Shown piece by piece: positions 47,517 through 57,938 of a stretch of 64,000 nucleotides of DNA. The stretch's first letter is position 1. Each line of letters begins with the position of its first letter. Position numbers and translations under genes: made by a program. Source of the DNA: a virus; the IMG/VR virus record IMGVR_UViG_3300046167_000924, positions 120,079 through 184,078 of that record; one strand, written 5' to 3'. The notes beneath the pieces were generated by a model. The model was not told the origin of the DNA and ran no database searches. It saw only the letters and a program-made list of their open reading frames with translations.

Positions 47517-50135
47517 ATGGCTACAAGGAATTTAGTACCAAGAAATAGCGGAGAAGGTGGAGTTGGAAAATTAGGGAAATCATGGGCAACAGGATTTTTC
47601 GATAATCTGTACATAAATGACTCACTGGTATCGGACGTAAGCTCCAATAAAAGTGATGGGTATTTAGTAAATCAAAGCCTGCAATCCGGAGACAATGTTA
47701 CATTTGCCAGTGGTAATTTTACAGAAGGTTTAACATTAAACGGAGTAGACGTATCACAATTAGGAGCAAGCTTTGAAGCGGCAAGATCAGGAGATGCAAA
47801 TTACGTTTTCTTCTCTGAAGCTTATGACAACCAAGGTCACACAGAAAAAACATACTATAACACAATTAACCCATCTACTGTTCTTTCTGGAATTAGCGTT
47901 CAAGACGCCTCGGATTTAAAAGTTTCGGTAATTTGGGACGGGCCGCATGATTCCTACATGGGCTCTGCATTAATAAATAACCAAGAAATCCCATTATCAA
48001 ATATAGAAGAATTGGGTGAAAAAACAAGAAGATTTAAAGGCTACCTGGATAATTTAAATTTAACTGGAGAATCATCAATAGTTTGTGAAGCTAATGGCAG
48101 AACCACTTCAATATCATTAAATGAAGTTGGCGCTGGCCCCTTACCCTATAGTATATCGATAGATCATATAAATAACGCTCAGCCAGCCGTAGGGCACCAA
48201 CTAGGAACAACACATTTAAAAGAAAACGATTTGATAAATATATTTGTTGATTTTAATCAAAGCGGAGTAGATAAAATTAAAGTTTATGATTTTGGATTAT
48301 CCAAGGGTGTTGATTTTGACTCGTATGTACTAAATGATATCGGTAGTGGAATTTCTAGAGCAGTAATTCCAACATTAGTATCTAATAGAACAGGAGAGCA
48401 GTCAGTAGTCGTCCAAATTGTAAATGCATTTGGCTCAACGGGAGATATTAGTCAATCCACAGATTTTTCAAATTCACATACTACAAGATTATTAGATCAA
48501 AACTACCCACAAATAACAGCAAGTGATCCAACTAATTTTAATGGCAGATCTGATGGATTAAGAGAAGGTGAGTCTACAATATTATCAAGTTCGATTTCAA
48601 ATTGGTCATCATCAACAGATACAGTTCTTTATAGCGCCACAACAAATGACATCCTAATAGGTAATAGTGGTACTTTTGAAACACAAAAAACAATATCTTA
48701 CATTCAAGGAACATTCGAAAACCAGGATAATTTAAACATCACAGCGACAAGAATAAACAACGGAGCGATAGACAGCGAAGACGTAACGGTTAAGATTGCA
48801 AATTCTCCAGAAATACTATCTATCAATATAATCACCCCAGCCATATCTTCAGTTTCTCCAAATATAATAGGAACATCAAAAATAAAAGGTGGGGACGTAG
48901 TGAATGTGGAAATCGATATTGACCCAAAAGGCATATCTGACTCTGATATATCAATATCTATTCTTGATTCAGGATTTTCAAATGGAACACAAACGAGTTA
49001 TTCTTCATATGCTAAAACAACAAACCCCGATCAAACAATTACATATACGGTTCCTATCACAGTAACAAGTAGCGTTGCAAAAAACGGAAATCAGGGCATT
49101 ATAGCTAAAGCGAGAGGTAGAACAAGCTCCAATAATTTTATATATAGTGACACGCATGATTCAACAAATGATAGTAATAGTTTTGCTGTATTAGAAAACA
49201 GTTTTCCAACTATATCTTTTGGCTTAATATCATATCCAAATAATCAACAAGCATTAAAAGGACAAGAATTAGCCACAGTAACTAATACAATTTCTAATTT
49301 TGATACAGCACAATATACAACAACAAACAATGAATTAAATATTATAAATCCAAATTTATATCAAACACAAAAACAAATTCAATTAAATAGCGGAACATAT
49401 AATATATCAAATAATAATTTTAACATAAAAGCTACAAAAACATCAAATGGTGCGGTAATAAATTCATCAACAGTTGTAAATGTAGCAAATACTCCAATCC
49501 AACTTAGCGTATTAAATTTAGCCGCGAAATTAAAAAGTTCAAGTTCTGGGGAAATTTATAATTTTGAACTGATAGGATCTCAAAGATTTCTTTCTGCACC
49601 TTCATTAAGTATCCCAACCACCCAAACAAACCCATCCGTTCTCACAATCAGGAACTCCGGAACAGGAACTTATGATAATGAGTATTCAATAACAATATCA
49701 GATTCAAATACAAAAGGAGAATTTTATTGGAGTGTTAGTGCTCAAAATTTAGCTGGAACGATTACAACAAGTATTATATCAAACCCTTCTTATATACTAG
49801 AAGGTTTTGAATCAAGAACAATTTATGCATCCCCGAATGATTTAGCCGCAGGTTTAGCTGACATAGGAACTGAAGTATCAAACCCCTCAGGTATAAGTTT
49901 TGAAAATCTATCTGAAGGCGGAACAGCCACTAATGGAGGAACCGCATACGATTATAAATTTTACCAAAATGGCACGCAGTTGGATAATACTTTTGATGAA
50001 AATAATAAATTCACAATATGTGACGCGAACGGATCTATCGACTCGCAAGGTAGTTATGTATTTAATTTAGATAAATTAAACAGATCTGCGAATACATCAA
50101 CTAGCAACCCTGCTTCTTTTATTATAGAAGAATAG
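47517..50135 (+). CDS. Large Ser/Thr/Asn-rich structural protein (Ig-like repeats likely)
   Basis: 872 aa, N-terminus 'MATRNLVPRNSGEGGVG..KSW' as in fibre-like virion proteins; beta-sandwich-like composition. Confidence 0.55.
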   Translation: MATRNLVPRNSGEGGVGKLGKSWATGFFDNLYINDSLVSDVSSNKSDGYLVNQSLQSGDNVTFASGNFTEGLTLNGVDVSQLGASFEAARSGDANYVFFSEAYDNQGHTEKTYYNTINPSTVLSGISVQDASDLKVSVIWDGPHDSYMGSALINNQEIPLSNIEELGEKTRRFKGYLDNLNLTGESSIVCEANGRTTSISLNEVGAGPLPYSISIDHINNAQPAVGHQLGTTHLKENDLINIFVDFNQSGVDKIKVYDFGLSKGVDFDSYVLNDIGSGISRAVIPTLVSNRTGEQSVVVQIVNAFGSTGDISQSTDFSNSHTTRLLDQNYPQITASDPTNFNGRSDGLREGESTILSSSISNWSSSTDTVLYSATTNDILIGNSGTFETQKTISYIQGTFENQDNLNITATRINNGAIDSEDVTVKIANSPEILSINIITPAISSVSPNIIGTSKIKGGDVVNVEIDIDPKGISDSDISISILDSGFSNGTQTSYSSYAKTTNPDQTITYTVPITVTSSVAKNGNQGIIAKARGRTSSNNFIYSDTHDSTNDSNSFAVLENSFPTISFGLISYPNNQQALKGQELATVTNTISNFDTAQYTTTNNELNIINPNLYQTQKQIQLNSGTYNISNNNFNIKATKTSNGAVINSSTVVNVANTPIQLSVLNLAAKLKSSSSGEIYNFELIGSQRFLSAPSLSIPTTQTNPSVLTIRNSGTGTYDNEYSITISDSNTKGEFYWSVSAQNLAGTITTSIISNPSYILEGFESRTIYASPNDLAAGLADIGTEVSNPSGISFENLSEGGTATNGGTAYDYKFYQNGTQLDNTFDENNKFTICDANGSIDSQGSYVFNLDKLNRSANTSTSNPASFIIEE

Positions 50136-50324
50136 TTAAATACTATCGTAATCAGCTTTACTGCAGAACTTATTTAATTTAGTTCCGTCTTCATCAATGG
50201 CCTTTAAAGAATATCTAACTGACATCTTTCCGCTTTTAGATACTCTTTCATAAGCTTTCTTATCAACCTTAGATGAATCGACAAGCACTTTCATTTTCTT
50301 TTTTACATTATAAAATTCTATCAT
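50136..50324 (-). CDS. Small basic hypothetical protein
   Basis: 62 aa, Lys-rich; GTGTAT (50338-50333) lies 14 nt upstream. Confidence 0.6.
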   Translation of the reverse strand: MIEFYNVKKKMKVLVDSSKVDKKAYERVSKSGKMSVRYSLKAIDEDGTKLNKFCSKADYDSI

Positions 50325-50338
50325 AAAAATAAATACAC

Positions 50339-51022
50339 CTATTCAACTTCTTTTTGATTTTTTGTTATTTGTTTAAATATATGACCTTGCTCCTCTGAAC
50401 CGCAATAGTACCACTTGTACATTAAATCATTTTTCATTTTATTTATTTCTGATTCCATTTTGTTTATTGCGTTTTCTATCTCTTCTAGATATTCTGATGT
50501 TAAGTTTTTTATATTAATATCTAATTCTAAGGCAACTCTTAATATTTTCTCAAAGTCGCCTTCCTTTTTTCCTTCAACTGCTTGCCTATAAAGCTCCGCC
50601 CTTTCTTCTATTTCGCCCTCAGAAAGGCCCGAGAGCATATCTGGATGAGTGTTTTTGACTATCTCCCGATACAACTCCTTAACTTCGGAGCTATCAAGCT
50701 CAGAATCGTTGTTTTCAGCTTCTTTCTCTTTGTTAGAATCAAAAGGCGGCTCTATTTTATTATCATGACAAAATTGAAACATGGAAGATATAAAATTAGC
50801 ACGCGCGAAATTAAATATTTCGTCAGTTTCCTCAAATTCCAAATTAATATAAAGAGCTTTATGCCTTAATTTTTCAAATCTTTTTTTTAGTATAGATTGA
50901 CCAACATCTTTATCAACATCATTCGAGAGGTTTTGGGACTTTGAAAACTTTTTATTCTCAGGTGTGTATTCACCTAATTCTTCTTTTTCTCTCGGCTTGA
51001 ATATATCTTCCCAATTTTCCAT
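50339..51022 (-). CDS. J-domain (DnaJ-like) co-chaperone protein
   Basis: 'VKELYREIVKNTHPDML...AELYRQAVE' HPD motif. Start taken at MENWED (51022), 18 nt after GTGTAT (51040-51035). Confidence 0.75.
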   Translation of the reverse strand: MENWEDIFKPREKEELGEYTPENKKFSKSQNLSNDVDKDVGQSILKKRFEKLRHKALYINLEFEETDEIFNFARANFISSMFQFCHDNKIEPPFDSNKEKEAENNDSELDSSEVKELYREIVKNTHPDMLSGLSEGEIEERAELYRQAVEGKKEGDFEKILRVALELDINIKNLTSEYLEEIENAINKMESEINKMKNDLMYKWYYCGSEEQGHIFKQITKNQKEVE

Positions 51023-51040
51023 ATGTATTATTATATACAC

Positions 51041-51066
51041 AAAAGGCGGCCCCAAATAGGGCCGCC
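51041..51066 (-). terminator. Rho-independent terminator
   Basis: 8-bp GC stem GGCGGCCC/GGGCCGCC with 6-nt loop, followed by TTTT on minus; 25 nt after the stop at 51092. Confidence 0.8.
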
Positions 51067-51091
51067 AAATGTGAAATGAATTAAATCCCGA

Positions 51092-52978
51092 TTAAACGGA
51101 AGCTAAAACGTCAAGCGTGTAATTAGCGCTTGGAAGATCATCGGAGAATACAAAAGTAGCTCCTGTTGTGGATGCAGCTCCACTGATCTGAACAGCGATA
51201 ATAGGATCGCTAGCGCTTGAACTCCTAAGAGTAGCAACAACCGCAGGGTTAGTGCTTGGAGTATACTCAGAACTCCAATTAAGAGAATAGCTAGCTACGC
51301 CATTACCAAGAGATTCTTGGGTAGCATATACATTTTCTGTATCAGCAGCAAAAGCTAAGCTTGAAATGTCTGAATCTAGGTCTACATCTTTAGCTGCGAG
51401 GCTAGAAACATCTGTGTCAACAGCGATGTCGAGGCTAGATAATGTTACATCAATAGAGCCATCCTTGGCCGCTAAACTAGAAACATCCACATCTAAATCG
51501 CCATCTTTAGCGTTTAAGCTTGAGATGTCTGTATCCAAACCAGTATCTCTTGCAGCTAGGCTAGAAATATCTGTTGTAGCTCCACTTCCTTGATTAGTGA
51601 TACTGTCAGCAAGGCTAGAAACGTCTGTGTCTAAACCAGTATCTCTGGCAGCAAGACTAGAAACATCAGTGTCCAAAGAGTCATCTTTATCACCCATGCT
51701 TGCGCTCAAGCTGGAAATATCTGTGTCGATAACTCCATCTTTAGCAGTCAAACTAGAAACGTCAACGTCTAAATCCCCGTCTTTAGCTGCAAGACTGGAA
51801 ATGTCTCCATCAACATTACCGTCTTTAGCTACTAGGCTGGAGATGTCTGTATCGATATCAACATCCTTAGCAGTCAAACTAGAAACGTCTGTGTCTAAAG
51901 AATCATTTTTATCGCTCATGTCTGCGCTCAAGCTAGAGATATCTGTGTCGATAACTCCGTCTTTAGCAGTCAAACTAGAAACGTCTGTATCCAAACCAGT
52001 ATCTCTTGCAGCTAAGCTAGAAATATCTGTTGTAGCTCCACTTCCTTGATTAGTGATACTGTCAGCAAGGCTAGAAACGTCTGTGTCTAAACCAGTATCT
52101 CTGGCAGCAAGACTAGAAACGTCAGTGTCCAAAGAGTCATCTTTATCACCCATGCTTGCGCTCAAGCTGGAAATATCTGTGTCGATAACTCCATCTTTAG
52201 CAGTCAAACTAGAAACGTCAACGTCTAAATCCCCGTCTTTAGCTGCAAGACTGGAAATGTCTCCATCAACATTACCGTCTTTAGCTACTAGGCTGGAGAT
52301 GTCTGTATCGATATCAACATCCTTAGCAGTCAAACTAGAAACGTCTGTGTCTAAAGAATCATTTTTATCGCTCATGTCTGCGCTCAAGCTAGAGATATCT
52401 GTGTCGATAACTCCGTCTTTAGCAGTCAAACTAGAAACGTCTGTATCCAAACCAGTATCTCTTGCAGCTAGGCTAGAAATATCTGTTGTAGCTCCACTTC
52501 CCTGATTAGTGATACTGTCAGCAAGACTAGAAACGTCTGTGTCTAAACCAGTATCTCTGGCAGCAAGACTAGAAACATCAGTGTCCAAAGAGTCATCTTT
52601 ATCACCCATGCTTGCGCTCAAGCTGGAAATATCTGTGTCGATAACTCCATCCTTAGCAGTCAAGCTAGATATGTCTACATCAACATTACTATCTTTAGCT
52701 ACTAAACTTGAAATGTCAGTGTCAAGACCTAAGTCTTTTACTGCGAGACTTGAAATATCTACATCAAGATCAGAATCCTTAACAGCTAGACTAGAAACGT
52801 CTACGTCAAGACTTGAATCTTTAAACGTTAAACTTGAAACAGCAGTATCAATACTTGTATTACTGAAAACTTCTGTTCCATCGCTTTTTTTAAATGCAAA
52901 CGTATCTGCACTATCCGAAGACAAGAGGATATTATCCCCATTGATCGACAGCAACTCGGCGCTGAATTTTTTACTCAT
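51092..52978 (-). CDS. Acidic DxSSL-repeat coiled-coil fibre protein A with C-terminal lectin-like domain
   Basis: Start MSKKFSAE (52978). Tandem 14/18-aa 'D[VI]SSL.A[KR]D..[LIV]D.' units, then a ~80-aa beta domain. Confidence 0.75.
   Translation of the reverse strand: MSKKFSAELLSINGDNILLSSDSADTFAFKKSDGTEVFSNTSIDTAVSSLTFKDSSLDVDVSSLAVKDSDLDVDISSLAVKDLGLDTDISSLVAKDSNVDVDISSLTAKDGVIDTDISSLSASMGDKDDSLDTDVSSLAARDTGLDTDVSSLADSITNQGSGATTDISSLAARDTGLDTDVSSLTAKDGVIDTDISSLSADMSDKNDSLDTDVSSLTAKDVDIDTDISSLVAKDGNVDGDISSLAAKDGDLDVDVSSLTAKDGVIDTDISSLSASMGDKDDSLDTDVSSLAARDTGLDTDVSSLADSITNQGSGATTDISSLAARDTGLDTDVSSLTAKDGVIDTDISSLSADMSDKNDSLDTDVSSLTAKDVDIDTDISSLVAKDGNVDGDISSLAAKDGDLDVDVSSLTAKDGVIDTDISSLSASMGDKDDSLDTDVSSLAARDTGLDTDVSSLADSITNQGSGATTDISSLAARDTGLDTDISSLNAKDGDLDVDVSSLAAKDGSIDVTLSSLDIAVDTDVSSLAAKDVDLDSDISSLAFAADTENVYATQESLGNGVASYSLNWSSEYTPSTNPAVVATLRSSSASDPIIAVQISGAASTTGATFVFSDDLPSANYTLDVLASV
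51525..52660. repeat. 456-bp tandem repeat, about 2.5 copies
   Basis: Near-identical blocks at 51597, 52053 and 52509; unit = 152 aa = 7x14 + 3x18. Confidence 0.9.
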
Positions 52979-53118
52979 ACTAATATATACAATTAAAATA
53001 GTGCTTTGGGAACACCCAAAAAAGGCTGAAACCCGCATACACACAGAGCTTCCTGTGTATTTTAAAAATTATTATTTTTAATTTTTTTTCGCAATAAGAA
53101 GACTTTTCTATTGACAAG

Positions 53119-53124
53119 GTGTAT
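53119..53124 (+). promoter_or_regulatory. GTGTAT motif
   Basis: 14 nt before ATG 53133; no SD. Confidence 0.5.
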
Positions 53125-53132
53125 ATATAATC

Positions 53133-53844
53133 ATGTCCACTATATTCACAACAGAAATTGGAGTATTCAATAATTTAAGCGGTAATAATATTCAAACAAC
53201 AGGTGCCGCGTCATTCGAAAATATAAATTTTAATTACAAAATATCAGGTAATTCAGGAATATTCAATGATAATGTTTTTATAGATGATAAAGAAGTATCA
53301 ACAAAAGAATATGTAAATCAAGAAATTTCTAGTTTGCATAGTATAGATTTGTCGATTAGTGGAGATATTTCAAGTTTATCTGTTAGAGATACTGGATTTT
53401 ATAATCAAATCACAGGATTACTAGGAGAAGACTTAGACTTCGGAACAGATGTTTCTAGTTTAAACGCGAAAGATAATAGCTTAGAGTCAGACATTTCAAG
53501 TTTAGCTGTTAGAGATACTGGATTTTATAATCAAATCACAGGGATTACTAGGAGAAGACTTAGACTTCGAAACAGATGTTTCTAGTTTAAATTTTCAAAC
53601 CGAATCATTTTTTAACTCCAGTAATAATGAACTATTCTCAACATCTGGAACTTTTTCTCAAGCTTTAACTTTAAACGGAGAGCCTGTATTAACAGGAGTG
53701 ATTGACGGAAACATTGACTGGAAATCTACTCCGCCTACCTCAACTAGTTGGGGCAAGAAGGTGAAGTTGCATATGATAGTGGATACATGTACAGTTTGTA
53801 TTACAAATAATAACTGGCGGCGATTAGCAATTAGTGATTTTTAA
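53133..53844 (+). pseudogene. Third DxSSL-family fibre gene, broken by three single-base indels (sequencing error or decay)
   Basis: 126-bp duplication whose second copy has an extra G (acaGGGatt vs acaGGatt, ~53542). The downstream frame reads DVSSLNFQ...; 'GQEGEVAYDSGYMY' is out of frame between two compensating indels; the gene ends CITNNNWRRLAISDF* at 53844. Confidence 0.75.
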
Positions 53845-53867
53845 TTTTTTACTTATTTTTTAAAAAC

Positions 53868-53932
53868 AAAAACCTCGATTTTCATCGAGGTTTTTTATTG
53901 GGCACAAAAAAGCCCTCGGTTTCCCGAGGGCT
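53868..53932. terminator. Two tandem hairpin terminators between convergent genes
   Basis: AAAAACCTCGAT-tttc-ATCGAGGTTTTT (bidirectional) and AGCCCTCGG-tttc-CCGAGGGCT (U-tract on minus). Both have GAAA loops on the minus strand. Confidence 0.88.
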
Positions 53933-53945
53933 AAATTTGTTAGAA

Positions 53946-55601
53946 TTAAGATTCTAAAGTTTCGATTCGAGCTTTGAGATCTTCGATCATTGTTTGTTGT
54001 TCTTGGATTGCTTTGGTAAGAACAGGAATTACCCCTTGGTATTCTAAGCCTAAATACTCATCAGTATCATTTTCATCATCCACATCTAAACCCTTAGAGG
54101 CATTAACTATTTCAGGTAGATCATCAACCCAGTCTTGAGCGATAAATCCAACTGTTTTCCTCTTCTCAGAATCATCCACATAATTAAAACGACTGCATCT
54201 CTTATCTTTTATAATGTCTAACGCATTAGATATTTCTGATATATTTTCTTTTAACCTTTCATCAGAAACTGCAGTCCAGGCATTAGCATTTGCAACCACT
54301 TCCAATTTAGCAGTACCGGAGCTAGTACCTGGAGTACCATTCCATCGTAATTGAAAATTACCATTTTCATTAACTATGCACCAAGCGCCAGCTGAAGAAT
54401 CAAAGAAAACTCTTCCGGAGTTAGCTCCGCTAGAGTCTGCCCTATTTATGCATAATGCCCATGGGGCTGAAGATAATGCCTGCACATTCATTCGGCAACT
54501 AGGATTCGTAGTACCAATACCTACGTTGCCAGCGGAAGTAATACGCATTCTTTCTAAGCAGCTTCCAGCTTCTTGTTTTGTATATAAACGCAGGTTGCCC
54601 CCTGCATCAGAACTAGTATTCCCATCAGATGTAACGTTTTGAATTGATATTAATCCAAGTAATTGACTACCTGAACCCATCCCTGTGTCTGAACTATTAT
54701 TAGTATTTAGAAATTGCATTGCTCCAATACCAGCATTATTAACATCAGTTCCCCTCTGCAAGTTTAACACTACCCCATTATTGGAGTTAATTGTTGTGGC
54801 TATAGCGCTCGACCCCATAAATCCAGTAAAAGAGGTAGGATTCGTAGTACCAACACCTACGTCGCCTGAGGGAGTCATAGTTAATACATCCGTCGTCGGT
54901 CCAGCTCTAAACATCAAATTGCTACTTGCATCGGATTTTATCATTCCCTTGGATGCAGTCCCCTGATTATTCTTAAAATCTATTATACCAAAGCTATCAC
55001 TCGACCTTCCCCTTACTGATAATTGAATAGAATTATCGTTATCTACAACATCTAATTTAGTACTAGGATTCGTAGCACCAATACCTACGTTGCCAGATTC
55101 GTTAATAAATATTCCCCCATCAAGACTTTGGTCACTGGATGTCGTTATTGCTAAATTTCTATTATTTGTATTAATGTGAGCGATGCCGCTTCCTTGACCT
55201 CCCCCTATATCCCAACTACTATCTTGAAAAATACTAAACAAGGAGACAGCAGCACTTTCCGCCCTCGATATAGTGAAAATATTAGAATCTGCTGTTGTAT
55301 TTGCTATATTTAATTTAGCAATAGGACTCGTAGTGCCAATACCAACATTGCCGCCATTGAAAAAAGATTCGTTATGAGTTGATATCTTAACTTTTATATT
55401 AGATGTTCCTTTTTCATATATCCTTAATTGTGGCCCACTTGATGGATTCTCAAATAGAAATAGATTATCGTTAGCGCCAGAACCACTTCTAATATACAAA
55501 GGGTGGCCTGAGGTCTGTACATCCAATTTAGCACTAGGATTCGTAGTACCAACCCCCACATTACCTGTGAAGAACCCGTTTTTTGTTTTAAAATCTTTCA
55601 T
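53946..55601 (-). CDS. Tail fibre with GNVGIGTTNP repeats and S74 chaperone
   Basis: Five 'G[ND]VG[IV]G[TA]T[NS]P' repeats; C-terminal 'SDERLKENI..GFIAQD..PEIV..Y..VIPVLTKAIQEQQ'. Confidence 0.88.
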   Translation of the reverse strand: MKDFKTKNGFFTGNVGVGTTNPSAKLDVQTSGHPLYIRSGSGANDNLFLFENPSSGPQLRIYEKGTSNIKVKISTHNESFFNGGNVGIGTTSPIAKLNIANTTADSNIFTISRAESAAVSLFSIFQDSSWDIGGGQGSGIAHINTNNRNLAITTSSDQSLDGGIFINESGNVGIGATNPSTKLDVVDNDNSIQLSVRGRSSDSFGIIDFKNNQGTASKGMIKSDASSNLMFRAGPTTDVLTMTPSGDVGVGTTNPTSFTGFMGSSAIATTINSNNGVVLNLQRGTDVNNAGIGAMQFLNTNNSSDTGMGSGSQLLGLISIQNVTSDGNTSSDAGGNLRLYTKQEAGSCLERMRITSAGNVGIGTTNPSCRMNVQALSSAPWALCINRADSSGANSGRVFFDSSAGAWCIVNENGNFQLRWNGTPGTSSGTAKLEVVANANAWTAVSDERLKENISEISNALDIIKDKRCSRFNYVDDSEKRKTVGFIAQDWVDDLPEIVNASKGLDVDDENDTDEYLGLEYQGVIPVLTKAIQEQQTMIEDLKARIETLES

Positions 55602-55619
55602 TTTATTTTTTTCTTTCTA

Positions 55620-57938
55620 TTATGATTTAAGTTGTTCGATTTCTTTTTTGAGATCTTCGATCATTGTTTGTTGTTCTTTTGTTGCATTAACAAGAGCTGC
55701 GATTATAGTTTGAGAATTCAATCCCCATTTGTAATCATCTTCGTCCTTTTCGTTCTTGAAAGCTTCGCGAGGCGCAGCTTCGGGCATGATTGGGTGAACA
55801 TCTTGGGCAAAAAATCCAATAGTTGGCTGTTGATCCTCTGGACCCTCTTTCCATGTGTATTTTTTGGGCTGCACTTGCATTATTTCACTTAATCCATATT
55901 CACAATCACCAAGGTCATTTTTTAATCTTTTGTCGGAGCTTGTGGTTAATTGCTTTGAAGAATTAGTAACAACATCTGAACTTGCAGCTAAACTACTTAA
56001 ATATACTGCGCCTTGTCCGTTTACTTCCATTAAAGCAGTTCCATTTGTATGAGTGCTATTATTAGATCTAATAGTAAAAACCTTAACACTAGAGTTATTA
56101 TTTATGCAAGATACTGTAACACCCTGATTTCCGCTTGTTGTATTATTAGAATTATGAAGCCAAGCAACAGGAACACCGGAATTTGATGATTTAATGACAT
56201 TTAATGCATTAGTAGGATTTGTAGTACCAATACCTACATTGCCGCTAGTTTTAATTTGCATAACATAATCGCTTGCGTTATGAAAACCGGCAATAGTAGC
56301 TCCACCATTAGCAGTGTGAGTAGATTGATTCCTTACAAATAAAGCAGTTGTCTGGTTTGTGGAGACAGGTTCTTCTACCTGAAGTCTAGAGCTAGGATTC
56401 GTAGCACCAACACCTACGTTACCGCCATTAATATAAGATGCCCCATTGCTATCAAGATGGCAAATGGGATTTCCTACAGAATTATTTACAGTTACCTTAC
56501 CATTTCCACTAGAGTCAGATACTATCTGAGCACTAATTGTTCCATCGGACTGCTGCAGAAATATATCAGCATTATCGCCCATTACTGAAAGTTTACCGAT
56601 TGGATTCGCAGTACCAATACCTACCTTGCCGCTGGAGTCGATGCGCATGCGCTCGGACCCCTTTGTAAACATTGCAAGCCCAACTCTGTCAGTATAGTTG
56701 GTTGCCCCAGAAACGTCAGTTCTTCCGGCAATTACTATAGAATCATTAATATTAGACCCATTTTGGAATCTTAAGTTTGCAACTTGAGAATCACTCGTAG
56801 TAATTGTAGTGTCTGAGTTTATATGTAAATCTGCGGTAGGATTCGTAGTACCAATACCTACGTTGCCGCCATTGATACCAAACTTACCTGCATTTATAGA
56901 TAACGTTATTGCATTATTACTCGCGTCTGTTAATTTAATTGCGTTATTTAATGCAGTATTACTACCGTTTAAAGTTAAACCGACTTGTGCTGCCGCGACA
57001 TAATCTACTTCCAACTTCGCGCCAGGATTCGTAACACCAATACCTACGTTGCCTGCGGCGTCAATGCGAAGACGCTCATCGCTTCCACCCAAAAAGGCAT
57101 GAATACCTCCAGCAGCTGTGTATAGGATATTTTCGCCTGCAGATGATGTGACATGCAAGTTTTGGCCAGGTCCATCACCTATAGTGTGTCCGTCTCCAAA
57201 TTTTATTGTTCCATTCACCTCTAACTCAGAACCAGGATTCGTAGTACCAATACCTACTTTTTGTCCAACATATAAACTTCTATCAATCTCAACATTTCTG
57301 TCAGAATATTCTAAATTAGCAACTCCAGTTTCCCAAAACGCATCTGTTCCACCGAACACTGTATGCATTCTATAATTTGCAGTTGGAAGTTCTTCTGAGA
57401 ATACAACAAAATATCCACTTTCACTAACTCCAGAAATTGTGTGAGGAATAATCTCTCCAGCACCATCAATTTCTAAACTAGCAGCAATCTTAGGAACATT
57501 ATCATATGCAATACGAACACCAGAAGCGTCATAACCAAAGGTAACTTCATGAATTGCATCTCCTTCAGTTAATGCATTAATCAAGCCAGCAGGAACAGCC
57601 GAATTACCAGCTCCTCCTCCTCCTCCTGGAAGTTGGCTAGCAGCCACAATAACCCAATCGCTTCCATCGTACATTATAATATCATTCGCTTCATTTGGAG
57701 CTTGCCCTCCAACATTTGAAAAGGTTATACCTTCAACAGTTAAATTATTTGAAATACTAGCTGAACCAACAACGTCAAGCTTGTTGACTGGATTCGAGGA
57801 ACCAATACCTATATTACCCGCAGACTCAACGTATAAACTATCATTGATGCTGATTTCTCCACTATCAGCGCTAATTACCGCTGAAGTTTCTTCGACAAAT
57901 CCATTGTCGCCACTTTTGATTAAATATAATTCGTTCAT
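55620..57938 (-). CDS. Tail fibre with lectin-like insert, GNVGIGTTNP repeats and S74 chaperone
   Basis: Seven repeats; C-terminal 'SDKRLKNDL..GFFAQD..PEA..IIAALVNATKEQQ'. Confidence 0.88.
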   Translation of the reverse strand: MNELYLIKSGDNGFVEETSAVISADSGEISINDSLYVESAGNIGIGSSNPVNKLDVVGSASISNNLTVEGITFSNVGGQAPNEANDIIMYDGSDWVIVAASQLPGGGGGAGNSAVPAGLINALTEGDAIHEVTFGYDASGVRIAYDNVPKIAASLEIDGAGEIIPHTISGVSESGYFVVFSEELPTANYRMHTVFGGTDAFWETGVANLEYSDRNVEIDRSLYVGQKVGIGTTNPGSELEVNGTIKFGDGHTIGDGPGQNLHVTSSAGENILYTAAGGIHAFLGGSDERLRIDAAGNVGIGVTNPGAKLEVDYVAAAQVGLTLNGSNTALNNAIKLTDASNNAITLSINAGKFGINGGNVGIGTTNPTADLHINSDTTITTSDSQVANLRFQNGSNINDSIVIAGRTDVSGATNYTDRVGLAMFTKGSERMRIDSSGKVGIGTANPIGKLSVMGDNADIFLQQSDGTISAQIVSDSSGNGKVTVNNSVGNPICHLDSNGASYINGGNVGVGATNPSSRLQVEEPVSTNQTTALFVRNQSTHTANGGATIAGFHNASDYVMQIKTSGNVGIGTTNPTNALNVIKSSNSGVPVAWLHNSNNTTSGNQGVTVSCINNNSSVKVFTIRSNNSTHTNGTALMEVNGQGAVYLSSLAASSDVVTNSSKQLTTSSDKRLKNDLGDCEYGLSEIMQVQPKKYTWKEGPEDQQPTIGFFAQDVHPIMPEAAPREAFKNEKDEDDYKWGLNSQTIIAALVNATKEQQTMIEDLKKEIEQLKS

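Noticed and set aside
305-50869. Numerous 60-110 aa ORFs overlapping larger genes (e.g. 305-544, 6391-6720, 35607-35897, 44382-44876)
   Set aside because: Opposite-strand or alternate-frame overlaps of well-supported CDSs, with no motifs or start signals.
53111-53131. sigma70 promoter TTGACA...TATAAT
   Set aside because: The spacer is only 9 nt; the GTGTAT motif explains the site better.
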